Shown: positions 28,895-38,778 of the stretch, piece by piece
Position numbering within the stretch: position 1 is the first letter of the stretch
How the letters are laid out: every line of letters starts with the position of its first letter
Source of the DNA: Candidatus Kaiserbacteria bacterium
GTDB taxonomy: Bacteria; Patescibacteriota; Minisyncoccia; Phycocordibacterales; UBA2100
Assembly (NCBI GenBank): GCA_016186765.1
Contig: JACPLD010000002.1
Location: 110,386 to 174,385, forward strand
Direction: 5' to 3'
DNA: 64,000 bases
Notes under the pieces: model-generated
Seen by the model: the letters and a program-made list of their open reading frames with translations, nothing else
Database searches by the model: none
What the model was told of the DNA's origin: nothing
Program-made: the position numbers and the translations under genes

Positions 28895-29518
28895 ATGAAT
28901 ATGTTTTCCGCAACCAAGTGTATTCGGTTCGGATGGACGAGTTTTCAGAAACGACCATGGTTCTTGGCCGGCATGACCGCTCTGATGCTCATTCTTTCGT
29001 GGGTGATCGGTGCTTTGATTGGAGGCATGTTCGGAAGTGGGAAAGGATTGGGGTTTCTGGGATTTCTCGCAAACGTTGCGCTCTCTACACTTCTCTCCAT
29101 GGGCTTTACGGCAGTCATGCTTCATTCGCACGATGCCCTCGAGAGTGTCACGATCGGTGAGCTTTGGCATCCGAAGCCGTTCTGGAAATTTCTTGGGGCA
29201 CAGTTTCTTGTCGGGCTCGTCGTATTGGTTGGCCTCCTGCTCCTCATCGTGCCAGGTGTGGTCGCGGCGCTTGCATTCATGTTTGTTCTCTACCTTGTTA
29301 TCGATAAGGAGCTTGGTCCGATCAAGGCAATGAAGGAAAGTGTGCGGATCACGCGCGGAAACCGCTTGCAGCTCTTGCTCCTTGCGCTCCTCGTATTTGT
29401 GCTCAACATCGTCGGCCTTGTCGCGCTTCTCGTTGGGCTTTTTGTTTCGATCCCCGTGACAACGCTTGCGATCGTGCACGCATATCGCGTTCTCCGGCAA
29501 CAAAAGGTTTCTGTCTAA
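28895..29518 (+). CDS. Integral membrane protein of unknown function
   Basis: Several TM helices; GLLLLIVPG and AMKES..IT.G patterns. Confidence 0.75.
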   Translation: MNMFSATKCIRFGWTSFQKRPWFLAGMTALMLILSWVIGALIGGMFGSGKGLGFLGFLANVALSTLLSMGFTAVMLHSHDALESVTIGELWHPKPFWKFLGAQFLVGLVVLVGLLLLIVPGVVAALAFMFVLYLVIDKELGPIKAMKESVRITRGNRLQLLLLALLVFVLNIVGLVALLVGLFVSIPVTTLAIVHAYRVLRQQKVSV

Positions 29519-29925
29519 TGCAGAGCATAATCATTTATACCGATGGGGGTGCAAGAAATAATCCTGGCCCTGCTGGCGTGGGCATTGTAATTATTGATGG
29601 TTCAAAAAAAGTCGAACTCAAAAAGTACATCGGCGAACGAACGAACAACTGGGCTGAATACGAGGCGGTAATTATCGCGCTGACGGAGGCAAAGAAGCAG
29701 GGCTTGGCAAAGCGCGAGATCGAGATGCGAATGGATAGCGAGCTTATTCAGCGTCAATTGACCGACGAATACCAAGTGAAAGAAGAGAGCCTATGGCCGC
29801 AGTACATGAAAGTGCACAATCTCTTAGTAGTGCACTTTCCGAACATCCGGTTCGTGCATGTGCGGCGCGAAGAGAACAGCGAGGCAGACCGGCTTGTGAA
29901 CGAGGCGATAGACGAGCCCCGTTAG
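29518..29925 (+). CDS. rnhA: Ribonuclease HI family protein
   Basis: YTDGGARNNPG, TNNWAEY, DSEL, HVRREEN.EADRL. Confidence 0.92.
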   Translation: MQSIIIYTDGGARNNPGPAGVGIVIIDGSKKVELKKYIGERTNNWAEYEAVIIALTEAKKQGLAKREIEMRMDSELIQRQLTDEYQVKEESLWPQYMKVHNLLVVHFPNIRFVHVRREENSEADRLVNEAIDEPR

Positions 29926-29979
29926 AAAATACGCATCGTGCACCTACGGATAGGAACGTCTTTCGATTTCTAACGGGGC
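29916..29979. repeat. Palindromic element family A; supplies the rnhA stop codon
   Basis: GCCCCGTTAGAAA...TTTCTAACGGGGC 13-bp terminal inverted repeat. Confidence 0.85.
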
Positions 29980-29998
29980 GAGGCATAATACGAGACGC

Positions 29999-30316
29999 AT
30001 GGTACGCGAGCAGATTAGAGGCACGCTTGTGGGATTCCTTGACTTCATTCGCGAGCGCGGGGTCATGGGTCTCGCCATCGGCTTTGTCTTGGGTGGCGCC
30101 GTCTCGCGCGTGACGACATCGTTTTCCGCCGACATCGTAAATCCGGCTCTCGCGTACCTCTTCGGCGGCACGGAGCGGCTCGGGGACATATTCATCGGGG
30201 AGGTCGCGGTAGGAAGGTTCCTCGCTGCCCTTCTCGATTTTCTCGTGCTTGCGCTCGTGGTGTACCTTATTTTTAGAGTGCTTAAGTTGGACAGCCTTGA
30301 TAAGAAGAGGGGATGA
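29999..30316 (+). CDS. mscL: Large-conductance mechanosensitive channel
   Basis: F..FI....VMGLAIGFVLGGA...TSF..DIVNP; GRFL..LLDF. Confidence 0.88.
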   Translation: MVREQIRGTLVGFLDFIRERGVMGLAIGFVLGGAVSRVTTSFSADIVNPALAYLFGGTERLGDIFIGEVAVGRFLAALLDFLVLALVVYLIFRVLKLDSLDKKRG

Positions 30317-31806
30317 TGAGCACGCACGTTCTGTGGGCCATCGTTCTCGGATTTCTCGCCGGCATTTTTCTTCGATCGTTCGTACCGCTTGGGGTCTCGT
30401 TCGTGTCACTTCTCTCGTTGAGCGCCGTTGCAGTGCTCATACTTTCCGCTAGACAGAGGGCAATTCGAGGAGTTTTCGTAGCTGTTGCTCTGCTTGCGTG
30501 CGGTGCCGGGGTGCTTCGCATGGATGCTGCCGTGCTCGTTTCCGATCCTGCACTCGCATCGCGCGTCGGAGAAAAAGTGACGCTCGAAGGTGTCGTCTTC
30601 AACGAACCCGACGCTCGGGAGGCAAGTGTGCGAATTCCGCTTCGTCTCGAGACCGGAACGGGAATACTTGTCGTTGCTCCCGCGCATGCCGCTGTTCGCT
30701 ACGGCGATCATGTGCGAGCGGAGGGAGTGTTGCGCCTTCCTTCAGGCTTTGAGACTGGCTTGGGTCGGGAATTCAACTATCCCGCATATCTCGCCAAAGA
30801 CGGGATCGGCTACGAGCTTTCGTTCGCGGGGGTCGAGGTGGTCGGTCGGGGCGGCGCGAATCCCCTCAAGACATTCGCGATCGAGACAAAACGTTTATTC
30901 CTCGAGGGCCTTGGCCGCGCGCTTCCCGAGCCGGCGGCCGGTCTTGCGGGCGGAATAACGGCAGGAGACAAGCGAGGCTTGGGCGCGGAGCTTTCCGACG
31001 TATTCAGAACCGTTGGCTTGACGCACATCATCGTCCTCTCCGGCTACAACATCATGATTGTAGTTCTTGGGCTCGGCTGGCTCTTGCAGAAGCTGTACGC
31101 GCCTCGCGCGTGGAAGGTTCTTCTCGGTATCGGCATTGCGGTTCTCTTCGCGCTCATCACGGGGCTTGCCTCTGCCTCGGTGCGTGCCGCCGCAATGGCC
31201 TCGATCGCGCTCGTCGGAGCGTACACGGGCCGTCTCTACGTCGCAGCGCGCGCGCTTGGCGCAGTCGCCCTCGCGATGGTTGTGTGGAATCCCTATGTGC
31301 TCGCATTCGATCCCGGATTCCAACTCTCGGTCATCGCGACCGTCGGCCTCATTGCCTTCACGCCGCGTATCGCGCCGCGTCTCTCGTTCGTGACGACGAA
31401 GGGGAACCTCCGCGAGATTTTCGCGACGACCCTCTCCGCGCAGATCGCCGTGCTGCCGCTCCTTCTCTATCAGACCGGACAGGTCCCGCTCTATTCGCTG
31501 CCGGTGAATCTCCTCGCGCTCGTTGCGGTGCCGTGGGCGATGCTTTTCTCGGCAATTGCCGCACTCGGCGGGATCATCTTAGGGCCGCTTGCAACGTTCA
31601 TTAGTCTTCCCGCGTACGTACTCCTTTCGTACCTTGTCGATGTTGCGCAATTTTTCTCCGCGCTCCCGTATGCCTCGCTCGCGCTTCCTACCTTCAGCGC
31701 ATGGTGGCTCGTTCTTCTGTACGGAGGAATGCTGCTGTGGGTGCTGCGAAGAGAGAAGTTCAATGGGACCGAGATGAGAGTAAGCAGGGCAGCAGCAAGA
31801 GGTTGA
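30313..31806 (+). CDS. comEC: ComEC/Rec2 competence channel (membrane and OB part)
   Basis: FNYPAYL, GLTHIIVLSGYN, ASVRAA.M, GFQLS..AT. Confidence 0.93.
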   Translation: MMSTHVLWAIVLGFLAGIFLRSFVPLGVSFVSLLSLSAVAVLILSARQRAIRGVFVAVALLACGAGVLRMDAAVLVSDPALASRVGEKVTLEGVVFNEPDAREASVRIPLRLETGTGILVVAPAHAAVRYGDHVRAEGVLRLPSGFETGLGREFNYPAYLAKDGIGYELSFAGVEVVGRGGANPLKTFAIETKRLFLEGLGRALPEPAAGLAGGITAGDKRGLGAELSDVFRTVGLTHIIVLSGYNIMIVVLGLGWLLQKLYAPRAWKVLLGIGIAVLFALITGLASASVRAAAMASIALVGAYTGRLYVAARALGAVALAMVVWNPYVLAFDPGFQLSVIATVGLIAFTPRIAPRLSFVTTKGNLREIFATTLSAQIAVLPLLLYQTGQVPLYSLPVNLLALVAVPWAMLFSAIAALGGIILGPLATFISLPAYVLLSYLVDVAQFFSALPYASLALPTFSAWWLVLLYGGMLLWVLRREKFNGTEMRVSRAAARG

Positions 31807-31907
31807 CGTCGGTGTTCGTAGGTGTACATTTTTGCTCTTTTGTTCTTCGCAACTCTCTGCCACAGCGAATAGCGCTTTCCTATAGAGCATTGTTCGCTGT
31901 GGCAGAG
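31803..31907 (+). promoter_or_regulatory. Sigma70-like promoter followed by a long 5' hairpin
   Basis: TTGACG-16-TACATT; perfect 15-bp stem CTCTGCCACAGCGAA (31855)/TTCGCTGTGGCAGAG (31907). Confidence 0.55.
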
Positions 31908-31951
31908 GAGGTCACAGTGTTCACTCACTAGAGCTAGAGAGAGGTGCTGAC

Positions 31952-32167
31952 ATGGCTAGAGATCACGCAGCTGATGATGTTCGACGACGACGTCGGATCG
32001 CCAGCGTCAAGAAGTCTCCTTCGAGGCCAACACCCGGCGAGGGGCTCAAGGGCTCCGAGCTTCCTAGAGGGGAGTTTAAGGGCCCCTATAGACAGGCTGA
32101 TGACGAGGAGAAGCTGTTCATTTCCCGCCGAGATGCCTACCCTGACGGCTACGGCAGCGAGTAACTG
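31952..32167 (+). CDS. Small hypothetical protein (70 aa; ORF track ends at 32164)
   Basis: GAGGTG RBS, upstream promoter, downstream hairpin GGCGCGT/ACGCGCC followed by T-tract. Confidence 0.45.
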
Positions 32168-32237
32168 ACCCGTCCGTCTACGGAAGTCTCACGTTGGGGA
32201 TCTCCCTACCTGCGGCGCGTTTCCACGCGCCGTTCTT

Positions 32238-32831
32238 TTATGCAATTTCTTCAAAGCGCTTCTCGATCACGCCCCAATTGAGATTTTTGAAGAACGCGTC
32301 GATGTATTTCCCTTTGCCTAGAGCTCCGTAATCAAGAATGAACGCGTGCTCCCACACATCGAGCGCAAGGATGATGGGGAGCGTCACGAAGTGTCCTTGA
32401 TGTTGCTCGCCAGTGAAACCGGTGAGAAGTTCACTCGCATTGGGATCGTAATAGAGAATGGCCCAGCCCGGTCCTCTCATATTGCCGATCATTGTCATGA
32501 CTTTCTCTGCTGTGTACGGGCGATAGGTACTCTCAAGTGCTTTCGCAAGAGCTCCCTCTGTGGTGAGCGGAATCGAACCGCCCTCAAACTGCGAGAAGTA
32601 ATACTCATGCAGGCGCATCCCGTCGAATTCAAAGCTGCGCCTGCGCATGAGCTCGGCAATCGCGTGCGCATATTTTTCTGAGTCTTCCGTTGCGAGTTTT
32701 GCGAGGAGTTTCGATATGGCATTGAAGTTTTTCACGTACCCTTCATACAGTCCAAGGTGTTGTTTCACCGACTCATCAGAGATTCCATCGAGTTTCGGGA
32801 GATCGAACCTTTTCGCTTCGTAGGTGTGCAT
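32238..32831 (-). CDS. sod: Fe/Mn superoxide dismutase
   Basis: H...Y.GYV, LHEYYF, LDVWEHAF metal-ligand motifs; TATACT 6 nt before the ATG. Confidence 0.92.
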   Translation of the reverse strand: MHTYEAKRFDLPKLDGISDESVKQHLGLYEGYVKNFNAISKLLAKLATEDSEKYAHAIAELMRRRSFEFDGMRLHEYYFSQFEGGSIPLTTEGALAKALESTYRPYTAEKVMTMIGNMRGPGWAILYYDPNASELLTGFTGEQHQGHFVTLPIILALDVWEHAFILDYGALGKGKYIDAFFKNLNWGVIEKRFEEIA

Positions 32832-32874
32832 GCGCGCAGTATAGCATCGCGGTTCATGAAGGTAGAATGACGCA

Positions 32875-33729
32875 ATGCGAAGGAGCATGGTTGTCATCGG
32901 CACAACGCTCGCCGCCCTCGTGATCGCCACTACCCTGATCTGGTTCGCTATTTTTTGGGAGGAGAGACGTGGTCTTCTCGCTGTTTCGTTTCTCGATGTT
33001 GGGCAAGGCGATGCGATTTTCATCGAGAGCCCAAGCGGGCGACAAGCACTCGTCGATGGTGGTCCTGATAGAAGTGTTCTGCGCGAGCTTGGGCAAGTGA
33101 TGCCATGGTACGACCGCTCGATCGATGTCGTTATCGCCACTCATCCGGACGCCGATCACATAAGCGGACTCGTCGACGTACTTCAGCGTTACCGTGTCGA
33201 TTACATTTTTCAGCCAGGTGTCGAAAAAAATACTGGCCCTGCCGAATCCATGCTGCTTTCTGTCGCGAAGGAAGGAGCAGAAGAAATATATGCACGGCGC
33301 GCCCAGATACTTGACCTTGGCGAAGGTGCGTACCTCGAAATCCTGTTTCCGGATAGAGATGTATCGGGTGTCGAAACGAATACGGCTTCCATCGTTACTC
33401 GGCTCGTCTACGGCAATACTGCCTTCATGCTCACCGGCGATGCGCCAGAGGCCATCGAGAACTATCTTGTGCAGCTTGATGGAGAGGACCTGAGGGCAAA
33501 CGTCTTGAAAGTCGGCCATCACGGCTCCGATACATCCTCATCTGAGTTATTCGTTGGATTTGTATCCCCCGAATATGCCGTGTTTTCGCGTGGGTGTGAC
33601 AACCGCTATGGTCATCCTCACGAAGAAGTTGTCGCGCTCTTTAATCGCTTCGAGATTCAAACTTTTGATACGTGCGAGGATGGCACGATAACGTTCATGT
33701 CCGACGGAGCAAAAGTGGAAAAGCGCTAG
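32875..33729 (+). CDS. ComEC C-terminal-type metallo-beta-lactamase fold protein
   Basis: DVGQGDA, THPDADHISG, LTGDA, VGHHGS, NRYGHP. Confidence 0.92.
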   Translation: MRRSMVVIGTTLAALVIATTLIWFAIFWEERRGLLAVSFLDVGQGDAIFIESPSGRQALVDGGPDRSVLRELGQVMPWYDRSIDVVIATHPDADHISGLVDVLQRYRVDYIFQPGVEKNTGPAESMLLSVAKEGAEEIYARRAQILDLGEGAYLEILFPDRDVSGVETNTASIVTRLVYGNTAFMLTGDAPEAIENYLVQLDGEDLRANVLKVGHHGSDTSSSELFVGFVSPEYAVFSRGCDNRYGHPHEEVVALFNRFEIQTFDTCEDGTITFMSDGAKVEKR

Positions 33730-33968
33730 ACCAAACCGGCTGCTTTCAGTGTCTTGTACGCGCCTCGCTTTTTCATCGTCTTGAGGCCTTTTGCGGAAAC
33801 GTTGATGGTGATTTTCTTGCCGAGCTCAGGGATGAAAAGCGTCTTCTTCTGAAGATTCACCTGGCGGCGGCGCGTGCCGGTAGGATTGAACTTCGTCGCG
33901 CGCGTGCGATTCGAATAGCCGCCTCCCACGCGGCTCTTCTTCCCTGTGATTACACACTCTCTAGCCAT
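33726..33968 (-). CDS. rpmB: 50S ribosomal protein L28
   Basis: MAR.C.ITGK...RR..VNLQ...VSAKGLKT. Confidence 0.9.
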   Translation of the reverse strand: MARECVITGKKSRVGGGYSNRTRATKFNPTGTRRRQVNLQKKTLFIPELGKKITINVSAKGLKTMKKRGAYKTLKAAGLV

Positions 33969-34024
33969 AGTTGCGTCATAGTACACGGATGACTTCGGTT
34001 CGGCAAATCGGCTATACTCTAGAC

Positions 34025-34585
34025 ATGGGGAATCCGGAACAGCCCAAAAGTCCGTGGGCCCGTGGCGACTGGGCGGAAAGGGTCCTCAAAGAGAAGGACG
34101 GAGAGGGAACGGTTGAAGCATTGCGCGATGAGCACCGCCGCCGCACTTTGATCGACGAAGACAGAAAGGAACACCACAACGACATGAGAGCCGCGGCTGT
34201 TGCTGCTAGAGAGAATCCTGAGCAAGGCACGCGCCTTGTTCTTGAAGCGGGTAAGAAACACTCCCGTAGAATAATTGATATACACGGTGGGACGATTTGC
34301 GAGACATTCCGAGTGGAAAGAGACGCAGGCTTGATTCGCGTTGGTGGGAGAGAGTACTTTACGCACGCTGGGGCAAGAGATGAAGATTACATACGGCCGC
34401 GTTTTCTACAGTGCGTCTTGCCCAAGGAGGCAGTGGACGACGAAGGGTACGTGGTTGCTTTTACTCCCGATGACATACGGCGCGCCGCCAGAGAATTTCA
34501 AGAGAGGTGGCCTGAAGTCGTGTTCTCGTTCGACGAGGATCGTCAGCGCGGTCTATTTTCCTATACAGCGACCGTGGCCTCGTGA
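34025..34585 (+). CDS. Hypothetical protein
   Basis: Natural-looking charged ORF; TATACT 6 nt upstream of the ATG. Confidence 0.65.
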   Translation: MGNPEQPKSPWARGDWAERVLKEKDGEGTVEALRDEHRRRTLIDEDRKEHHNDMRAAAVAARENPEQGTRLVLEAGKKHSRRIIDIHGGTICETFRVERDAGLIRVGGREYFTHAGARDEDYIRPRFLQCVLPKEAVDDEGYVVAFTPDDIRRAAREFQERWPEVVFSFDEDRQRGLFSYTATVAS

Positions 34586-34622
34586 ATGATGTGGGGCATG
34601 CTCGACGTGCTAGGATATCGCA

Positions 34623-35246
34623 ATGACTCTCGTAGATGGGATCTTCATCGTCGCTGTCATTATCATGTCGGCCGTCATTCACGAAGTGATGCACGGCGTT
34701 GCGGCAGAGCAACTCGGCGACCCTACAGCGCGTCTGCAAGGACGCATTACTCTGAATCCAATTTCGCACCTCGACCCGATCGGAAGCGTTTTGCTGCCGC
34801 TCATTCTTGTGCTAACCAATTCATCGATCCTTTTCGGCTGGGCAAAGCCCGTGCCTTACAACCCCTACAACCTCCGACCCGGGCGCTTTAGCGAGGCCAT
34901 CGTCGCCGGAGCTGGACCAGTTTCAAATCTCGCGATAGCACTCGTCGGCGGATTGGTTATCCGCTCCGGCGTTCTCGCCGGCATGGAGAGCGCCATTTTC
35001 ATCGTTGTCTTAGTGAACGTCATGCTCTTCCTCTTCAACCTCATCCCCATTCCGCCTCTTGATGGCTCAAAAGTGCTGGAATCGCTCTTGCCCCGAGCTT
35101 TGTCGAGGGGCTACACCGAATGGAGAATGCGCATGGAATTCAATCCGCTTCTCGGCATCGGATTGGTCGTTCTCTTCATCGTGCTCCTTGGGGGCACATT
35201 CGGCCGTTTCATCTACCAAATTGCGCAGATGATTGCGGGGATGTGA
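34623..35246 (+). CDS. Site-2 protease family (M50) membrane metalloprotease
   Basis: HEVMH, GWAKPVP, AGPVSN, FNLIPIPPLDG. Confidence 0.95.
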   Translation: MTLVDGIFIVAVIIMSAVIHEVMHGVAAEQLGDPTARLQGRITLNPISHLDPIGSVLLPLILVLTNSSILFGWAKPVPYNPYNLRPGRFSEAIVAGAGPVSNLAIALVGGLVIRSGVLAGMESAIFIVVLVNVMLFLFNLIPIPPLDGSKVLESLLPRALSRGYTEWRMRMEFNPLLGIGLVVLFIVLLGGTFGRFIYQIAQMIAGM

Positions 35247-35299
35247 CCGCTGTACACAATCGCACAGGAAGGCGTCTTGGAAAGTGGTAGGCTTAGCGC

Positions 35300-36463
35300 A
35301 TGGGAAGGAGGAGGCGCTCGAAGGTGAGGCGCGCCAAATGGTCTCGCTCGCAGATGTTCGTGCTCGGCCTCGCACTGGTATCCGCTGTTGCATTCGGCAC
35401 GCTCGGCATTTCTGCAGAGTCGCGAATGAGCCAGCTTGCCGCAACGGAAGCCACGGTTACGACTACTTCGCCGAAGGACTGTACGACCGCCATTAAAAAA
35501 GCGTTGCGAGGTATGGCCGACAATGACGGTCCGGCAACTGATACGGTGAGCGGCACGGGAACGGGTGGAGCTAGTGGGATCACCTCCAGTGAGTGCTTCG
35601 GAGCGGTTATTACGGAACAGGGGAAGCAGAAAAGGACCAGAATACTTTCGGGTAATCCGTACGGAGAGAAACTTACCGAACAAGATTACCGGTGCACGGG
35701 ACGGTCGGGCACGTCGCACGTGTCGTCGGAGGGCACGGTTTCTAATACAACCGCGAAGGACGGCGTGCCGCCACGTAAATGTGATACAGAAGTAACGAGT
35801 GAGAAACCCGGCGGTCAAGGGGGCAAGCCGGAGGGCAGCCAGGACGATAAGTGCCAGCAGAATCCTCAAGACCCGTCCTGCCAGGGAGGCGAGGGGAAGC
35901 CGCCCGAGCTCCCGAAGCCACCTGAGAAGAAGCCAGAGGAGCAGAAGCCCCAGGAGCAGCCGCAGCAGCAGGACTGTAATACCCTTACCGAAGAAGAAAA
36001 GAAGAAAAAGCCGGAGTGCCGAGGGCTGGAGGGGCAAGAACAGCTCAATCAGGCATTACAGGAGAAAGAGAATCAAAACTTACTTAGTGACGTCGCTTCT
36101 TTCGGCAAGGGCGCCTTGAGATACTTTGGTTCTTTGATGGGGGTTCGACCAGAAGCACCGGAAGCACTAACGGATGACAGACCCACAGCACCCCGTGCAG
36201 ACGCATCCTCATTGACAGAAGATGTCCAGCAAGCGCAGGTCAGAGCAGAGGCGAAAGCAGGGCCTGAAACTACGGTCGCACAGAACTCTTCTGGGCAGAG
36301 TGGTTATCAGGCGCCATCAACTGGATTTGCTGCTCCCAAAACCGCTGCTCCCGAAACGTCGCGCGTAGTAGGAGCATCGATGATTCCTCCAGCGGTCATT
36401 AGCGGCCTTCAGAGCGCGCTCTCGGGTATCGCCGGGTGGCTTCGCAGCACGTTTGGGCTCTGA
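35300..36463 (+). CDS. Hypothetical secreted protein with low-complexity and Cys-containing segments
   Basis: N-terminal TM/signal, PKPPEKKPEEQKPQ low-complexity region. Confidence 0.7.
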   Translation: MGRRRRSKVRRAKWSRSQMFVLGLALVSAVAFGTLGISAESRMSQLAATEATVTTTSPKDCTTAIKKALRGMADNDGPATDTVSGTGTGGASGITSSECFGAVITEQGKQKRTRILSGNPYGEKLTEQDYRCTGRSGTSHVSSEGTVSNTTAKDGVPPRKCDTEVTSEKPGGQGGKPEGSQDDKCQQNPQDPSCQGGEGKPPELPKPPEKKPEEQKPQEQPQQQDCNTLTEEEKKKKPECRGLEGQEQLNQALQEKENQNLLSDVASFGKGALRYFGSLMGVRPEAPEALTDDRPTAPRADASSLTEDVQQAQVRAEAKAGPETTVAQNSSGQSGYQAPSTGFAAPKTAAPETSRVVGASMIPPAVISGLQSALSGIAGWLRSTFGL

Positions 36464-36536
36464 CAAATCGGAAATATTTGCGCGGGCGCGCCACTTATAG
36501 TACATTTTGCATGCGCGCGCGGCGCGCATAACTTAT

Positions 36537-36953
36537 ATGTCCACAATCAATCAGCTCGTGAAGCGTGGCCGGAAAGCAAAGAGCTGGCGCACGAAGACGA
36601 TCGCGCTTTCGCGCGGCTTCAACACGCTTAAAAATCGTCCAACGCATTTCTCCTCGCCGTTCAAGCGCGGCGTTTGCACACGCGTCACGACGAAGACGCC
36701 GCGCAAACCAAACTCCGCGATTCGGAAGATCGCCCGCGTGCGGCTTAGTAACGGCATGGAGATCACCGCATACATTCCCGGCGAAGGGCACAACTTGCAG
36801 GAACACTCACTTGTACTGGTGCGCGGTGGTCGTGTGAAGGACATCGGTCTTCGCTACACGATCGTGCGCGGTAAGCTCGACACTGCCGGTATCGAAAAGC
36901 GCCGTCGCGGCCGTTCGCTCTACGGTGCCAAGAAACCGAAGGGAGAAAAATAA
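36537..36953 (+). CDS. rpsL: 30S ribosomal protein S12
   Basis: [29 protein letters not shown]. Confidence 0.98.
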   Translation: MSTINQLVKRGRKAKSWRTKTIALSRGFNTLKNRPTHFSSPFKRGVCTRVTTKTPRKPNSAIRKIARVRLSNGMEITAYIPGEGHNLQEHSLVLVRGGRVKDIGLRYTIVRGKLDTAGIEKRRRGRSLYGAKKPKGEK

Positions 36954-36984
36954 CCAATGACCAAGAAACAATAACCAAAAATCC

Positions 36985-37446
36985 ATGCGAAGACCGATAA
37001 AGAGGAGGAATATTCTGCAGCCGGACGAGATGTACGGCTCTCTCAAAGTGGCGAAGCTCATCAACTACGTGATGGAGCGCGGCAAGAAGGACACTGCGCG
37101 CAAGATCGTCTACAAGGTGATGGATGAACTGAAAAAGGAGGGTGACCCTGTTGTAATTCTTGAAGATGCGCTCGAGAAAGCGAGCCCGAACGTCGAAGTG
37201 CGCTCGCGCCGCGTCGGCGGAGCCAACTATCAGGTGCCGCGCGAGGTAAATCCGAATCGTAAGCTTGCCCTTGGCTTGCGCTGGATCGTGGAGGCGGCCG
37301 AAGGCACGAAGGGCGTCCCTATGGCAGACGCACTTTTGAAAGAGATCAAAGCTGCGCACAAAGGTGAGGGGGCCGCCGTTACCAAGAAAGAGACGACACA
37401 CCGAATGGCAGAAGCAAATAAAGCTTTCGCTCACTTTGCGTGGTAA
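36985..37446 (+). CDS. rpsG: 30S ribosomal protein S7
   Basis: RRVGGANYQVP, HRMAEANKAFAH. Confidence 0.98.
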   Translation: MRRPIKRRNILQPDEMYGSLKVAKLINYVMERGKKDTARKIVYKVMDELKKEGDPVVILEDALEKASPNVEVRSRRVGGANYQVPREVNPNRKLALGLRWIVEAAEGTKGVPMADALLKEIKAAHKGEGAAVTKKETTHRMAEANKAFAHFAW

Positions 37447-37519
37447 GTTCCCCCCGTGTCGTTACATGATGCACCTCGAAGGTGCATCGTTTTGTGTCAA
37501 GGATGATACACTCACCATT

Positions 37520-37807
37520 ATGGAGCATGTACCACATGAGCATCAGCGTAAACCAGAGAGAGCTGTTCCGGCTGAATCGGCGGAAGCGGAAGAAATACAA
37601 ATGGCGGCAGAGGAGGTTGCAGCACTTGTGAGAGACCGGCTCGCATATAAGAAGACGGACGCAGAAAACGTTTGGGAGGATGAGCTCAAGAACGTGGATC
37701 ACGAGATCGTGGAGACTATGGATCGGTACGGTCTGCCGGAGGATAAGCGCGATGCCATCCTTTCGCTCGCGCGAAAGAAGTGGGAAGCTGCAATACGTCC
37801 GCACTGA
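37520..37807 (+). CDS. Hypothetical protein
   Basis: Acidic helical ORF; TACACT 7 nt upstream of the ATG. Confidence 0.6.
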   Translation: MEHVPHEHQRKPERAVPAESAEAEEIQMAAEEVAALVRDRLAYKKTDAENVWEDELKNVDHEIVETMDRYGLPEDKRDAILSLARKKWEAAIRPH

Positions 37808-37902
37808 GTGCGCACATCATCGGCTCGCTTCTTGAAATGGGCTACCGCGTATGGGTGCGATCAATCCGATTTGCTCTGGCGCGTGCGTGGTAGCATTAGC
37901 GC

Positions 37903-38643
37903 ATGAGCAGTGAAGGCGGCTCGGAGAAAATTCCTAAACCGATTGTCGCAAAATCCGTCGAAAAACCTAAGCCAGCGCTCGCGTTCGACCTAGAGGGAAC
38001 GCTCGTTGACCTCGAGAGATTCCACCAGATGGCATTCGAGCACGTTGCTGCACAACTGGGGTTGCAATTCGGACAGGGGGAATTTCACGCATTTGTCGGC
38101 GCGGGGGATGAGGCGATTGCGAAAGAGATCGCACGTCTTGGAGATTTGAGTAATTTCAAACTCGATCCAAAAGCGATTCGTACTGCAAAGACGGAAGTCT
38201 ATCGAGATATGTTGCATGCGCACCCTATCGTGCCACGGGAAGGCGCGGGGGAATATTTGGAGCGCGCGAAAATCATCGGTGGCAATTTGGTGCTTGCGAG
38301 CCTTACGCCCGACAAAGACGCCGAGCGCATACTCACCGGTTCTCACCTCAAACCCTTTTTCACATTTATTTTGACAGAAAGCGACGTGCAGAAGAAAAAG
38401 CCGGATCCGGAAGTCTATCAAAAAGCTGCGAAGCTTCGCGGAGTCGTAAATCCAAACATGTTGGTACACGAAGACTCACCGGTGGGGGTCGCTTCAGGCA
38501 AAGCCGCAGGAAGTCCTGTCGCCGCTTTTCCGGTACACGAAAACCTCAAATTCGAGCCCAAACCCGATGCAATCTATATGGGATGGAAAAATCTCGCGCC
38601 AGAAGAAGTGATCGACGAAATTTTCAAGTCCAGAACGCCTTGA
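37903..38643 (+). CDS. HAD-superfamily phosphatase (beta-PGM-like)
   Basis: FDLEGTLVD, KPDPEVY, EDS..G...GKAAG. Confidence 0.88.
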   Translation: MSSEGGSEKIPKPIVAKSVEKPKPALAFDLEGTLVDLERFHQMAFEHVAAQLGLQFGQGEFHAFVGAGDEAIAKEIARLGDLSNFKLDPKAIRTAKTEVYRDMLHAHPIVPREGAGEYLERAKIIGGNLVLASLTPDKDAERILTGSHLKPFFTFILTESDVQKKKPDPEVYQKAAKLRGVVNPNMLVHEDSPVGVASGKAAGSPVAAFPVHENLKFEPKPDAIYMGWKNLAPEEVIDEIFKSRTP

Positions 38644-38778
38644 TTCTAGTTCTCGCGGCAATGGTCACGTGAGATTGACGGTCTCCATTTTGTATTGTAG
38701 AATCTCAATCAAGATCTTTCACTCCGGTTATGAATATCGGCCCCGAGTTGCGCGGGTAGCGCGACAGAAAGCAAATGT

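Noticed and set aside
36521-36548. GGCGCGCATAA resembles the XerC arm of dif, and a Xer recombinase is in the window
   Set aside because: The XerD arm (TTATGTTAAAT) is absent and the site overlaps the rpsL start; likely chance
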